From the NCBI GenBank assembly GCA_964356335.1, contig CAYHHI010000039.1, forward strand, positions 1 to 32,083: a DNA stretch of 32,083 nt, given 5' to 3'. Source of the stretch: an uncultured bacterium. Its GTDB lineage: Bacteria; Arandabacterota; Arandabacteria; Arandabacterales; Arandabacteraceae. A program made the translations under genes and the position numbers. Shown here in pieces: positions 1 through 8,017 of this stretch (the stretch's first letter is position 1; every line of letters starts with the position of its first letter). The notes under the pieces were generated by a model. That model saw nothing but the letters and a program-made list of their open reading frames with translations, did not search any database and was not told the DNA's origin.

Positions 1-38
1 AAGCCGCTGATTCTCATCCTTCATCTCCACGAAAATAC

Positions 39-66
39 TTGACCAAAAATGATAAGGGAGTATATT
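39..66 (+). promoter_or_regulatory. sigma70-like promoter of the porin gene: -35 TTGACC (39-44), 16-nt spacer, -10 TATATT (61-66)
   Basis: Hexamers read directly from the sequence; 5/6 matches at each hexamer with spacing 16. Lies about 45 nt upstream of the AGGAGG RBS (101-106) and ATG 112. Confidence 0.5.
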
Positions 67-111
67 GTTTTGAGCAATTGGTAATTGTACAGGCAATGAA
101 AGGAGGTTCCA

Positions 112-1209
112 ATGACTAAGTTCTTGGGCGTGTGGTTGGCGGCCGCGTTGGTGCTGGGGAGTGTTTGCTATGCGGCAGATGTTGAGGTGGGCGGACTGAT
201 ACAGGCTCAGTATGTATCGGAACAGAATCCGAAGGGTGACACCTCAACTTTCGGTACCAAGGCCGCGAGGGTCAAGGTTTCCTCAAAGTTGACCGGCCGG
301 ATTTCGGCTCAGGCAACCTTCGAACTCGCCCGCGAGCCGAATACGCTCGAGGCGATGCTGGACTATACTTTCTCCAAGCGGGCGACCATGCGCGTTGGGC
401 AGTTTGTGGTGCCATTTGGTTTAGAGACGCAGATGTCCAACTTCGATCTCGAGGTCACCGAGAGATCGCAGGTGATCTCTCACGTCTGGAACAATAAGAA
501 TACAAACTCGCCAAGCGCCTATATCAGAGACGTCGGTGCGATGTTCACCGGCCGCTACAAGTTCTTTGAGATGAAACTCGGTACGGTCAATGGCGTGGGC
601 TATAACTATGCCGAGGACAGCGAAGTGGCCAGCGTTTTTCCCAAGTGGGGCAAGGACAACGATAATCACAAGGACATCGTGGCTAGGTTCGGTGCCGGCA
701 TTCCGATGTTCGCGGGCCTGGGCTTTTCCATCTATGAGGGCAAGTGGCCGGAGAAGGCAGTGTGGGCAGTTAAAGACGACAAGGGCAAGGACAGGTGCGT
801 GGTCAAGGCTCGGGACAGGAAAGCCATGGGGCTCGATCTCTTCCTTGACACAGGAAAGCTCTTATTCCAGATGGAGTATGTCCGGGGCGAGGGCCAGATG
901 GTGGCAGATTACTGGAAAGATAAGACGCCTGAGGATTCGCTGAAGACTGCCTGGTCCTCCGACAAGTATGGCGGCTATTACATAGTCCTTGGTTACAGGG
1001 TCACGCCGCTCATTGAGCCCGTGTTCAAGTATGACACGTACGATCCCAACAGAGACAAGGGAGACGACATACTGGCGGATATGTGGGTGGGACTCAACCT
1101 CAACTTCGAAGGGAAGGCGAGGCTCCAGACTATCTATCGCATCCGTGGCGAAGAGCCAAAGAGCATTGACAACAACCAGGTAATAGTCCAGGTATCGGGT
1201 AAGTTCTAG
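112..1209 (+). CDS. outer-membrane beta-barrel porin (phosphate-selective porin O/P-like), signal peptide, C-terminal Phe
   Basis: Strong RBS AGGAGG 5 nt upstream of ATG. N-terminal signal peptide (LAAALVLGSVCYAAD). Alternating amphipathic beta-strand pattern rich in Gly/Tyr. Terminal residue Phe, typical of OMPs. Confidence 0.7.
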   Translation: MTKFLGVWLAAALVLGSVCYAADVEVGGLIQAQYVSEQNPKGDTSTFGTKAARVKVSSKLTGRISAQATFELAREPNTLEAMLDYTFSKRATMRVGQFVVPFGLETQMSNFDLEVTERSQVISHVWNNKNTNSPSAYIRDVGAMFTGRYKFFEMKLGTVNGVGYNYAEDSEVASVFPKWGKDNDNHKDIVARFGAGIPMFAGLGFSIYEGKWPEKAVWAVKDDKGKDRCVVKARDRKAMGLDLFLDTGKLLFQMEYVRGEGQMVADYWKDKTPEDSLKTAWSSDKYGGYYIVLGYRVTPLIEPVFKYDTYDPNRDKGDDILADMWVGLNLNFEGKARLQTIYRIRGEEPKSIDNNQVIVQVSGKF

Positions 1210-1352
1210 TCGATTTCGCCGGGGGTCGCCCTGATCTGCGGCCCCCGGTCCGAACGCGCAAGAGGCTGCATATTGACATGACTGGATTCCCTGCGATGGG
1301 ATGTCCCGAAAAACGCCTAAGGGGGCCGCTTACCGGTGCCGAAGGAAGTCCC

Positions 1353-1742
1353 ATGAAAAGGATGAGATCCCGTCTCTCAAGCCAGGCCGGCTTTACGCTT
1401 ATCGAGTTGATGGTCGTGGTGATAATCATCTCAATCCTCGTTGCGATGGCCATAGCAAACTACATAAGGATGCAGGAGCACGCCAAGAAGACCTCATGTG
1501 TTTCCAATCAGCGGAATATCTATCAGGCGGCGACCATCTACGCATCGGACCACAAGGTTGATGATGGAGAGATGGGTGTTGAGGATCTCCTCGCGGAAAG
1601 AGCTGTGCCCCGAGGCCTTTGCGAGTGTGCCTCAAGCAAGGACAGCAGCTTCGACGATTATACCATAGTCTGGCTTGACGGGCTTCCGCGCGAAGTCAAA
1701 TGCGATATCAAGGGTGACAAGCACCTCTGGCATCATCATTAG
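1353..1742 (+). CDS. prepilin-type N-terminal cleavage/methylation domain protein (type IV pilin or T2SS pseudopilin-like), orphan
   Basis: RBS GAAGGAAG before ATG 1353 (internal Met of the track ORF 1278..1742). Class III leader MKRMRSRLSSQAG followed by FTLIELMVVVIIISILVAMAIANY (G|FTLIE with Glu+5). Four Cys in the C-terminal half (possible disulfide D-region). Confidence 0.8.
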   Translation: MKRMRSRLSSQAGFTLIELMVVVIIISILVAMAIANYIRMQEHAKKTSCVSNQRNIYQAATIYASDHKVDDGEMGVEDLLAERAVPRGLCECASSKDSSFDDYTIVWLDGLPREVKCDIKGDKHLWHHH

Positions 1743-4700
1743 GATCCGCCCGCTTTCTGCCTGGCCTCAGTTATGTTCTTCTTTATGTCTGGGTTCCCTG
1801 GATTCAACTGAAGAGCTTTCTCCCAGATACGGACAGCTCTCTGGTACTCGCCTTTCTCGGCGAGTACGATTGCCAGGTTGTTCATGGCCTCGAGATGCGT
1901 GGGGTTGATCCTCAGGGTCTTCTCATAGTACTTCTGGCCTTTGTCCAAATCATTCTGAAGCAGCCAGGTAAATGCGATGGCGGCCAAGGCCTCGGCATTG
2001 TCGGGTGAGGCCTTGAGGACAAATTCCAGGTCGCGGCGTGCATCTTCGAGGAGGCCTCTCTGGATGAAGCAAAGGGCCCTCAAGTGGTGAGCCCTTGCAT
2101 TAAGGGGCTCCAAGGAGAGCACCTCGGCGACGGTCCTGCTTGCATCATCGGGGTTACCAAGGTCAAGTTCCCCCTCCGCCTCGAGGAGGAAAGCCGGAAC
2201 ATAGTCGGGATTGATCTCGATCGCCTTTCGCAGAAGGGCAACACAGGCAGCCGCATCATGAGTCCTCTCAAGGGTTGCCAGATTATAGAATGCCCGGTAG
2301 CTCTCGGGGTTTTCCTCCACGGCCCGTCTTGCTGCGGTTATGGCCTCCTCGAATCTGCCGCCCTCGGCCAGGGCTCGTGAGAAGGAAATGTAGAAGTCTG
2401 ACAATCTCAATCCAAAGATGCCGTTCTCGGGGCAATTGCTCTTGGCTGTCTCAAGATGGATGGCCGCCTCACGGAACTTGTGGTCTCTCGCAGCGACAAG
2501 TGACTTGAAATAGCCACGTCTCGCAGTCATACCCCTGTGCAGACTGTCGTAAGCCACGTCATACTCAACGGTGCCCTCGTCGAGATTGGCAATCATGGAC
2601 ACAGGCTCTTCGCTTGCCGAATCAAGCCCGAGGAGCGACTGGACCATATCTTGCCCCACAAGTTCCTTGGGTGTCCGGTAGAGGAGGGGAGAGGTATTCC
2701 TCGTGTTCATACGCACCTCACCCGCCCAGGCCAAAAGAGCTTCCCTACCCATCATATAGCATGTGAGCAGGCCGATATCATCTGTGATGCCGAGCCGCAG
2801 CAGGTCATCCTTGACGCCAGGTGCGGCGATTCTCCGCATCAGGGGCTCAGGCTGGATTTTCATGGGCTGCAGACTGGCGACAAGCAACAGTTGGGTTCCG
2901 CCTCCCCACCATAGACCCACATGCGGGAAATAGTAACTAAACTCCTTGGCGATTGATTTAAAGCCGTCTTCTGAGAGGTCGTCAAAGCTTACGACCTGCG
3001 AAACTATTCCACCCGGTCGAAGCCGGGCGCGGGCATTCCGCACGAATTCATCGGGGACCATGGGTTGCTGGCAGATTATCACGTCATACTGCTCCCTGGA
3101 TAGGAGGAGATAATTTGAGGGATCGCATGACAGGAGGCTGAGCCTTGCATCTTGGAGTGCCCCACGATTATAGAATGCGAAGTACCGAGAGGCTTTCACA
3201 ATCGCCGGCACGGGCTCGACGCAATCTATCTGGGTGCCCTCGTAAGCTTCGATTGAACTGATGGTTATCCCGGTGCCGAGTCCTGCGACCAGTACTCGCT
3301 TGGGGTCCCGGTGAAGGAGCATGGGGATGTGAGCGGTGAGCACCTGGGTTGTGACGTCTTCAGACGTGGAAGCGATGGTGCTGCCATTGACTCTCAGAAA
3401 GAGGGCGTCGGGTGATCTCAGAACGGAAATCGCCCGGTCGCGATCCTCTTCGTAGAAAATCACTTCTGCAGCTGAAAGCGCAGCTTTCAGATTCTTAAGA
3501 TCCAGGTACCTTTCCGGATGGATGTAGATGCCGCTGGTGATGATCCCTTTGTTCCAGACAGGTGCGGTGACGTTCAGGGCCAGGGAGATGACTACAAGAG
3601 CGGCCGCAAGCATGAGCCTTGACCAAAAACGTCTTTCCGAAGAAACGATATGCAGGGCACCTGCGACTATGGCAAGCCACGGAATCACCATCAGGGCTCT
3701 TCCCGTCGTGAGGCCAGACGTGGGCACTGCGAGGCTCGTGAGGAACGCAAGCAACGCACCCAAGATGACCACTGATGTTGTAAGTCCCAGCACCCTGGGG
3801 GACGTCGAGCGTCTTGAATCGATTACTCTAACCGCCAGTGGAAACGTGCTGCCCATCAAGAGACCGGGGAGGAAGATTACCAGGAAGCAAAGCGCGAAGT
3901 ATGCGAAGACCACACCATGCCACTCAGGGGACTGGAGACGCGGGGCGAGGCTGAAAAACCTCAAGAAAGCAAAGGGCAGATTGTTGACATAGAGAAATGG
4001 GATGAGCCAAACGATACCCGTGACAGCGGAGGTGGTGCCTAGCCAGTAAGGACCTTCTCTTGAGCTCCGGGCGAGCCTTGCTGATATGCCGGATCCTAAC
4101 GCAAGGGCGGCGAAATAGACAACGAGCGCCGCGGCTGCCATGTACACGGTTTTGCCTGCCACCTGGGAAAGCAAGCGCGCCCAGATGACCGCGCACACGA
4201 CGCCTGAGAAGATGTAAACAAGGTATGCGATAATGTGGAAGGACTGGCCGGCACGGAGAACTGCACCGTCCGGTTTTTCGCTTTCACCAGACGGCGATTG
4301 GTCTTCGTCAGGTTGAAGGCCATTCGATGCATGCTTACTGAGTATGGCAACAAAGCCCATGACAGAAATCAGAAGTGCTGCACTTCCGAGAGCACCTCTT
4401 GCGCCAATATAGGGCATGAGCGCAAAACCTGAGATCGCTCCCCCAGTCGACGCCCCTATACAAAGCATTGAGAAGAATCGATCGCCGGCTTGCGGGGCAT
4501 CCCCGTACCGTCCGAGCAGACTCCAGCCGAGGGAGAGCGTTGCTCCCAGGAGGAAGGCTGGGACAAAGAGCACAGCGAATACAAACACGGCACCGACCAG
4601 CGAAGACACCGTGGAGCCGTGAAAGCCCCCGCATACGGCGCTATAGGGGCCTTCAAGCCTCGAGAGGAGAAGGAGGGCCACAAATGCTGAGGCGCCCCCC

Positions 4701-4957
4701 CCGATTTGGAGGAAGCCAAAGGTCGTGAAAGATCTCGCTATCCTGTCCCCTCTTCGCCCGGCGTAGAGATTGCCCAGAAGCAAACCCAGAAGCAGGGCGC
4801 AGACGACACGAGCATCGTGCAGCGCCTGGCTCCCAAACACGGGTGGGAGCATGCTCGTCCAGGCCGATTGAAATGTGACGAGCGCGAAACCGCAAATCAG
4901 GATCGCCAGAAGCAAGTACGGTGTCGAACCAGATGTCTTTGATCTCAAAAGGTCCAC
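1739..4957 (-). CDS. large polytopic membrane protein with spermidine-synthase-like (polyamine aminopropyltransferase fold) domain and C-terminal TPR repeats
   Basis: 1072-aa ORF with GTG start preceded by GGAGGAG (5-nt spacer). About 14 hydrophobic helices in the N-terminal 600 aa. Central Rossmann/SpeE-like segment (VLVAGLGTGITISS...DVIICQ). C-terminal tandem TPR-like repeats (AEALAAIAF..., AMNNLAIVLAEKGEYQRAVRIWEKALQLNP). Confidence 0.85.
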   Translation of the reverse strand: MDLLRSKTSGSTPYLLLAILICGFALVTFQSAWTSMLPPVFGSQALHDARVVCALLLGLLLGNLYAGRRGDRIARSFTTFGFLQIGGGASAFVALLLLSRLEGPYSAVCGGFHGSTVSSLVGAVFVFAVLFVPAFLLGATLSLGWSLLGRYGDAPQAGDRFFSMLCIGASTGGAISGFALMPYIGARGALGSAALLISVMGFVAILSKHASNGLQPDEDQSPSGESEKPDGAVLRAGQSFHIIAYLVYIFSGVVCAVIWARLLSQVAGKTVYMAAAALVVYFAALALGSGISARLARSSREGPYWLGTTSAVTGIVWLIPFLYVNNLPFAFLRFFSLAPRLQSPEWHGVVFAYFALCFLVIFLPGLLMGSTFPLAVRVIDSRRSTSPRVLGLTTSVVILGALLAFLTSLAVPTSGLTTGRALMVIPWLAIVAGALHIVSSERRFWSRLMLAAALVVISLALNVTAPVWNKGIITSGIYIHPERYLDLKNLKAALSAAEVIFYEEDRDRAISVLRSPDALFLRVNGSTIASTSEDVTTQVLTAHIPMLLHRDPKRVLVAGLGTGITISSIEAYEGTQIDCVEPVPAIVKASRYFAFYNRGALQDARLSLLSCDPSNYLLLSREQYDVIICQQPMVPDEFVRNARARLRPGGIVSQVVSFDDLSEDGFKSIAKEFSYYFPHVGLWWGGGTQLLLVASLQPMKIQPEPLMRRIAAPGVKDDLLRLGITDDIGLLTCYMMGREALLAWAGEVRMNTRNTSPLLYRTPKELVGQDMVQSLLGLDSASEEPVSMIANLDEGTVEYDVAYDSLHRGMTARRGYFKSLVAARDHKFREAAIHLETAKSNCPENGIFGLRLSDFYISFSRALAEGGRFEEAITAARRAVEENPESYRAFYNLATLERTHDAAACVALLRKAIEINPDYVPAFLLEAEGELDLGNPDDASRTVAEVLSLEPLNARAHHLRALCFIQRGLLEDARRDLEFVLKASPDNAEALAAIAFTWLLQNDLDKGQKYYEKTLRINPTHLEAMNNLAIVLAEKGEYQRAVRIWEKALQLNPGNPDIKKNITEARQKAGGS

Positions 4958-4997
4958 GGTATCTCCTCCGACTGGGATCTGTGACTGCCAATGCCTG

Positions 4998-5027
4998 ATT
5001 ATAAGTGTGCCAATGGGTGACTGTCAA
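4998..5027 (-). promoter_or_regulatory. consensus sigma70-type promoter for the 1739..4957 gene: -35 TTGACA (5027..5022), 18-nt spacer, -10 TATAAT (5003..4998)
   Basis: Both hexamers are perfect consensus when read on the minus strand. About 40 nt upstream of the GTG start. Short direct repeats GTGACTG/GCCAATG (4981-4993 and 5007-5023) bracket the -10. Confidence 0.6.
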
Positions 5028-5182
5028 ATCCTTGGGCTGTCCTGTCCGCTCAAGGGGTGCAGTGGAGGCAGATGTGAGTCCTGCACGGCGCTGGCCGGTG
5101 AAGAAGCCTGCCGACAGGGGAGGGTAACGAGAAAGTACCGAGAGGATAACGAGAGGGTGAGGGGAGTGAGGGATAAAGACGA

Positions 5183-5203
5183 GGGGCCCGCGAATGGGGC
5201 CCC
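5183..5203 (-). terminator. GC-rich hairpin (GGGGCCC-N7-GGGCCCC) immediately downstream of the radical SAM gene
   Basis: Perfect 7-bp GC palindrome with a 7-nt loop, 19-39 nt after the stop at 5222. Followed on the minus strand by TCGTCTTTATCCC (modest U-tract). Confidence 0.45.
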
Positions 5204-5221
5204 TTCTCTCGAAGCACATGC

Positions 5222-6583
5222 TTAAACGGCAGTTGCCACTGACTTCTTGGCTTCGTCTTCCTTCTTTATGTGGTCTCTGAGGCTTTCCGCGTATCTGTCC
5301 ATGTCTGGAGCCAGGCTGGTCACAAGCGTCTCAGCTCCAGGATGGGTCGGGTGGGCACCGGTCTCTTTGATCACCTCCCGCAGGATGTGCGGATTGTCTA
5401 TGAGCATGCAGGGCATGCGGTGATCCTGGTTAAAGGGTTGCTTGGCCTGGATGCTCTTGAAGAGCGGCGAGTTGATGACGTCCTTGAGTTTCCTCTGCTT
5501 AATGTTGTCGACCGCGAAATGGCAGAACACGCAAGGCTCGACATCGCCATGGCAATTGATGTGGAGATATCTTCTGCCGCCCGCAATGCAGCCCCCGACG
5601 TAATCGCCGTCATTCCAGAAATCGGCGATAAAGATCGGTCGGGTGGCCCTGAACTCCCGCACGCGCTGGCCGACTTTAAGCCTCTGCTCGGGTGTGGGCA
5701 TCAGGGTCACATCAGGCTTCCTTCCGATGGGGATGTAAGTGAAGACCCAACCCAGGAAGCAGCCCCGCTCGACCCATTCGTCGATGAACTCATCGCTTGT
5801 GACGAAATCCGCATTCTTGGAGGTAACTGTCAGGGAGAAACCGAACAGGCCCTTCCGCTTATTGAGGCTTTCCATTGCCTGGGTTATCTTCTTGAAGGTT
5901 CCCTCGCCTCTCCGCTCGTCGGTCTCTTTCTCGAAACCCTCCACACTGATACACGGGATCACATTGCCCAGGTTCACCAGTTTCTCGCACATGGCATCAT
6001 CCAGCAGCGTGCCATTGGTATAGACCTGGAAAATGCAATCGTCGTGCTTCTGGAAGATATCCAGGAGGCCATCCCACACGAACGGCTCACCGCCAGAAAC
6101 GATATAGAGGTAGATGCCGAGTTCCTTCCCTTCCGTAATGATCCTGTCGAAAACTTCGAATGGAAGATCTTCATTTTTTGTATAATTGCCGGCGTAACAT
6201 CCGTAGCACTTAAGATTGCATCTCATGGTGGGACTGACAACCAGAAGGGAGGGTGGGTAGAACCCTTCGCTCTTGGCGATCCGGTGCCTCTTGTTGGGGG
6301 CGATAAGCCCTTCCTTGACGATCAAGTTGCGCAAGAACTTGTTGCGGGCCTTCGGGTTTATCTCCCGCAGGAACCTCAGAGCAAGCTTGCCGCCGGGGTG
6401 GCCGGCCTCGAATTTCTGACGCGCGCTCCGTATGACCCCGGACCAGTACTCGTTCGTGGTTATCCTTTCCACGACGGATACTACCCTGAGGAGTGCATCC
6501 TCGGAGCCATGGGAGGCTATGCGCGCCATCTTATCGAAGGCGCTCTCGATCGTTTTCTCTTCGATGCGGTCTACTATGTTCAC
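5222..6583 (-). CDS. radical SAM enzyme with Cys-rich C-terminal region (possible auxiliary Fe-S cluster) and ~130-aa N-terminal helical extension; function unknown
   Basis: CNLKCYGCY (CX3CX2C) and VSGGEPF motifs. C-terminal Cys pattern GGCIAGGRRYLHINCHGDVEPCVFCHF consistent with an auxiliary 4Fe-4S domain. Start reassigned to GTG 6583 (GGAGGTGA SD 7 nt upstream; promoter at 6634-6661 lies downstream of the track ATG at 6667). Confidence 0.85.
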   Translation of the reverse strand: MNIVDRIEEKTIESAFDKMARIASHGSEDALLRVVSVVERITTNEYWSGVIRSARQKFEAGHPGGKLALRFLREINPKARNKFLRNLIVKEGLIAPNKRHRIAKSEGFYPPSLLVVSPTMRCNLKCYGCYAGNYTKNEDLPFEVFDRIITEGKELGIYLYIVSGGEPFVWDGLLDIFQKHDDCIFQVYTNGTLLDDAMCEKLVNLGNVIPCISVEGFEKETDERRGEGTFKKITQAMESLNKRKGLFGFSLTVTSKNADFVTSDEFIDEWVERGCFLGWVFTYIPIGRKPDVTLMPTPEQRLKVGQRVREFRATRPIFIADFWNDGDYVGGCIAGGRRYLHINCHGDVEPCVFCHFAVDNIKQRKLKDVINSPLFKSIQAKQPFNQDHRMPCMLIDNPHILREVIKETGAHPTHPGAETLVTSLAPDMDRYAESLRDHIKKEDEAKKSVATAV

Positions 6584-6633
6584 ATTATCACCTCCTCTCC
6601 TTCTCAAAATCCGGACATGAAAACTCGCTTCGA

Positions 6634-6661
6634 ATGATACAGCAGTCCTCTTGGAAGTCAA
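6634..6661 (-). promoter_or_regulatory. sigma70-like promoter for radical SAM gene: -35 TTGACT (6661..6656), 16-nt spacer, -10 TATCAT (6639..6634)
   Basis: Read on minus strand; 5/6 matches at each hexamer. Positioned about 50 nt upstream of GTG 6583. Confidence 0.5.
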
Positions 6662-6772
6662 CCTCAAAATGAGGTCTTACCCACAAACTGTGTTGGTGCC
6701 GGCGGAGTTGACGGGGCACGGCAAACCTGGGCGTGTGCATGATGGCCGCCCGGCTCTATCGACCTCGCTGGC

Positions 6773-6801
6773 TTGACAATCATGCCGGACACACATACTA
6801 T
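6773..6801 (+). promoter_or_regulatory. sigma70-like promoter for HAD gene: -35 TTGACA (6773-6778), 17-nt spacer, -10 TACTAT (6796-6801)
   Basis: Perfect -35, 5/6 -10, optimal spacing. 25 nt upstream of ATG 6826 with GAGGT RBS between. Confidence 0.55.
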
Positions 6802-6825
6802 CAGTTCAATTGAGGTACTGAAACG

Positions 6826-7542
6826 ATGGAAGGCAATGCGGAGGCGCAAAGGCGCCCGTCAGATGTCGTAGTATTCGATTTCGATGGCACCATCGCCGAT
6901 ACCATGCCCTTTCTAGTGGACCTGGCTGCCCGGCTCTTGACTACGACGTACGGCATGTCAGATGCGGAGGCAAGGCAGGCCTATATTGACACCACGGGCC
7001 TTCCCTTCTGCAGGCAGATCGAGATCATCTTCCCAGACGACACGCTCAACGCGGCCGCGGTCGAGGAATTCGAAGCCGAAAAGCGGCGTCACCTCACCGA
7101 ATTCAAGTTCTTTCCCGAGGCTCTGCCCGTCGTCGCCGAGATCAGGCGGCACGGCTTCAAAGTCTGTCTGTCAAGCGGGAACGTGGAGAGCATCATCTCG
7201 GAGCTCCTGAAGGCCAGGGGGCTTGCGGTCGATCTGGTTATGGGCTGGCGGCCGGGCTTTGAGAAGGGACCTGATCACTTCCGACTCGCTGCTCAAACCT
7301 TCTGTGTACCCATGGAGAGCCTAATCTTTATCGGCGACAGCCTCAAGGACGGCCTGGCGGCGAAGGAAGCAGGCGTAAGATTCATAGCCAAAGCGGGTCT
7401 GGTAAGTCGTGCCAAGATCGAGGAGGTATTGCCTGGGACATCCATCGTGGCTTCGCTTGTGGAGGTTTTGCCGCTTTTGGGCATAAATACAGCCCGAGAG
7501 GCACTCGGTGGAGCCGCTTCCTCCCGAGCTTCTACGAATTAG
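6826..7542 (+). CDS. HAD-superfamily hydrolase (subfamily IA, phosphatase-like)
   Basis: Motif I VVVFDFDGTIADT (DxDGT). Motif II CLSSGN. Motif III/IV K...IGDSLKDGLAAKEAG. Confidence 0.85.
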   Translation: MEGNAEAQRRPSDVVVFDFDGTIADTMPFLVDLAARLLTTTYGMSDAEARQAYIDTTGLPFCRQIEIIFPDDTLNAAAVEEFEAEKRRHLTEFKFFPEALPVVAEIRRHGFKVCLSSGNVESIISELLKARGLAVDLVMGWRPGFEKGPDHFRLAAQTFCVPMESLIFIGDSLKDGLAAKEAGVRFIAKAGLVSRAKIEEVLPGTSIVASLVEVLPLLGINTAREALGGAASSRASTN

Positions 7543-7795
7543 GCAGCAGGTCCACTACCCTCTGGATCACATTGCCTTCGAACACGAAAGCGACCCTGTC
7601 GGCGAAATAATACCAGGTCTGGACCTTTCCGTGCCTTAAGGTCTCGTCCGGTCTACCGTAAATCCTTGCTACTGAGTACTGCAGGCTCGCTTCGCCGTGC
7701 TCGCCGGCGACCTTGCTTGCGAAGTCACGATCTCTTGTGATCTCCACCATGTCTTGTCTCACCTCACGGAGCCACACGCAGTCGAGCCAAGGCAT
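7532..7795 (-). CDS. hypothetical small protein (87 aa)
   Basis: ATG-initiated ORF convergent with and overlapping the HAD gene 3' end by 11 nt. Weak RBS; no recognisable motifs; could be non-coding. Confidence 0.3.
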   Translation of the reverse strand: MPWLDCVWLREVRQDMVEITRDRDFASKVAGEHGEASLQYSVARIYGRPDETLRHGKVQTWYYFADRVAFVFEGNVIQRVVDLLPNS

Positions 7796-8017
7796 GGGGC
7801 TTACTCTTTCAGACTGGTACTAGCATACCACAGGCATGTAGCAAAAGTCAAGGTTTATCATAAATGCGGAGTGCGGCATTGAAGCTTGTCTCGCGAAGTG
7901 GTAAGGTCTCATTCGTACCGTGGAGGGTCGCACAGGGTCGCTACGACGGGCAAGATTGCCCACAGGTATCCTGGGAAGTCGACCAGGGCCAGCAAGATAG
8001 CTAGGGCATTGGGGATC

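Noticed and set aside
1273-1301. TTGACA at 1273-1278 as pilin promoter
   Set aside because: No acceptable -10 hexamer at 16-18 nt spacing (ATGGGA/TGGGAT), so not called.
5270-6637. 455-aa ORF on + strand
   Set aside because: Lies entirely antisense to the radical SAM gene. No motifs, no RBS. Typical high-GC shadow ORF.
6584-6667. ATG 6667 as radical SAM start
   Set aside because: A -35/-10 pair (6661..6634) and a strong GGAGGTGA SD lie inside this stretch, pointing to GTG 6583. The extension is Arg-rich and unconserved-looking.
7886-8017. TTG-initiated 44-codon N-terminal extension of the membrane protein
   Set aside because: Non-hydrophobic, Arg/Ser-rich, no SD. ATG 8018 begins directly with the first TM helix, so the extension is treated as 5' leader.
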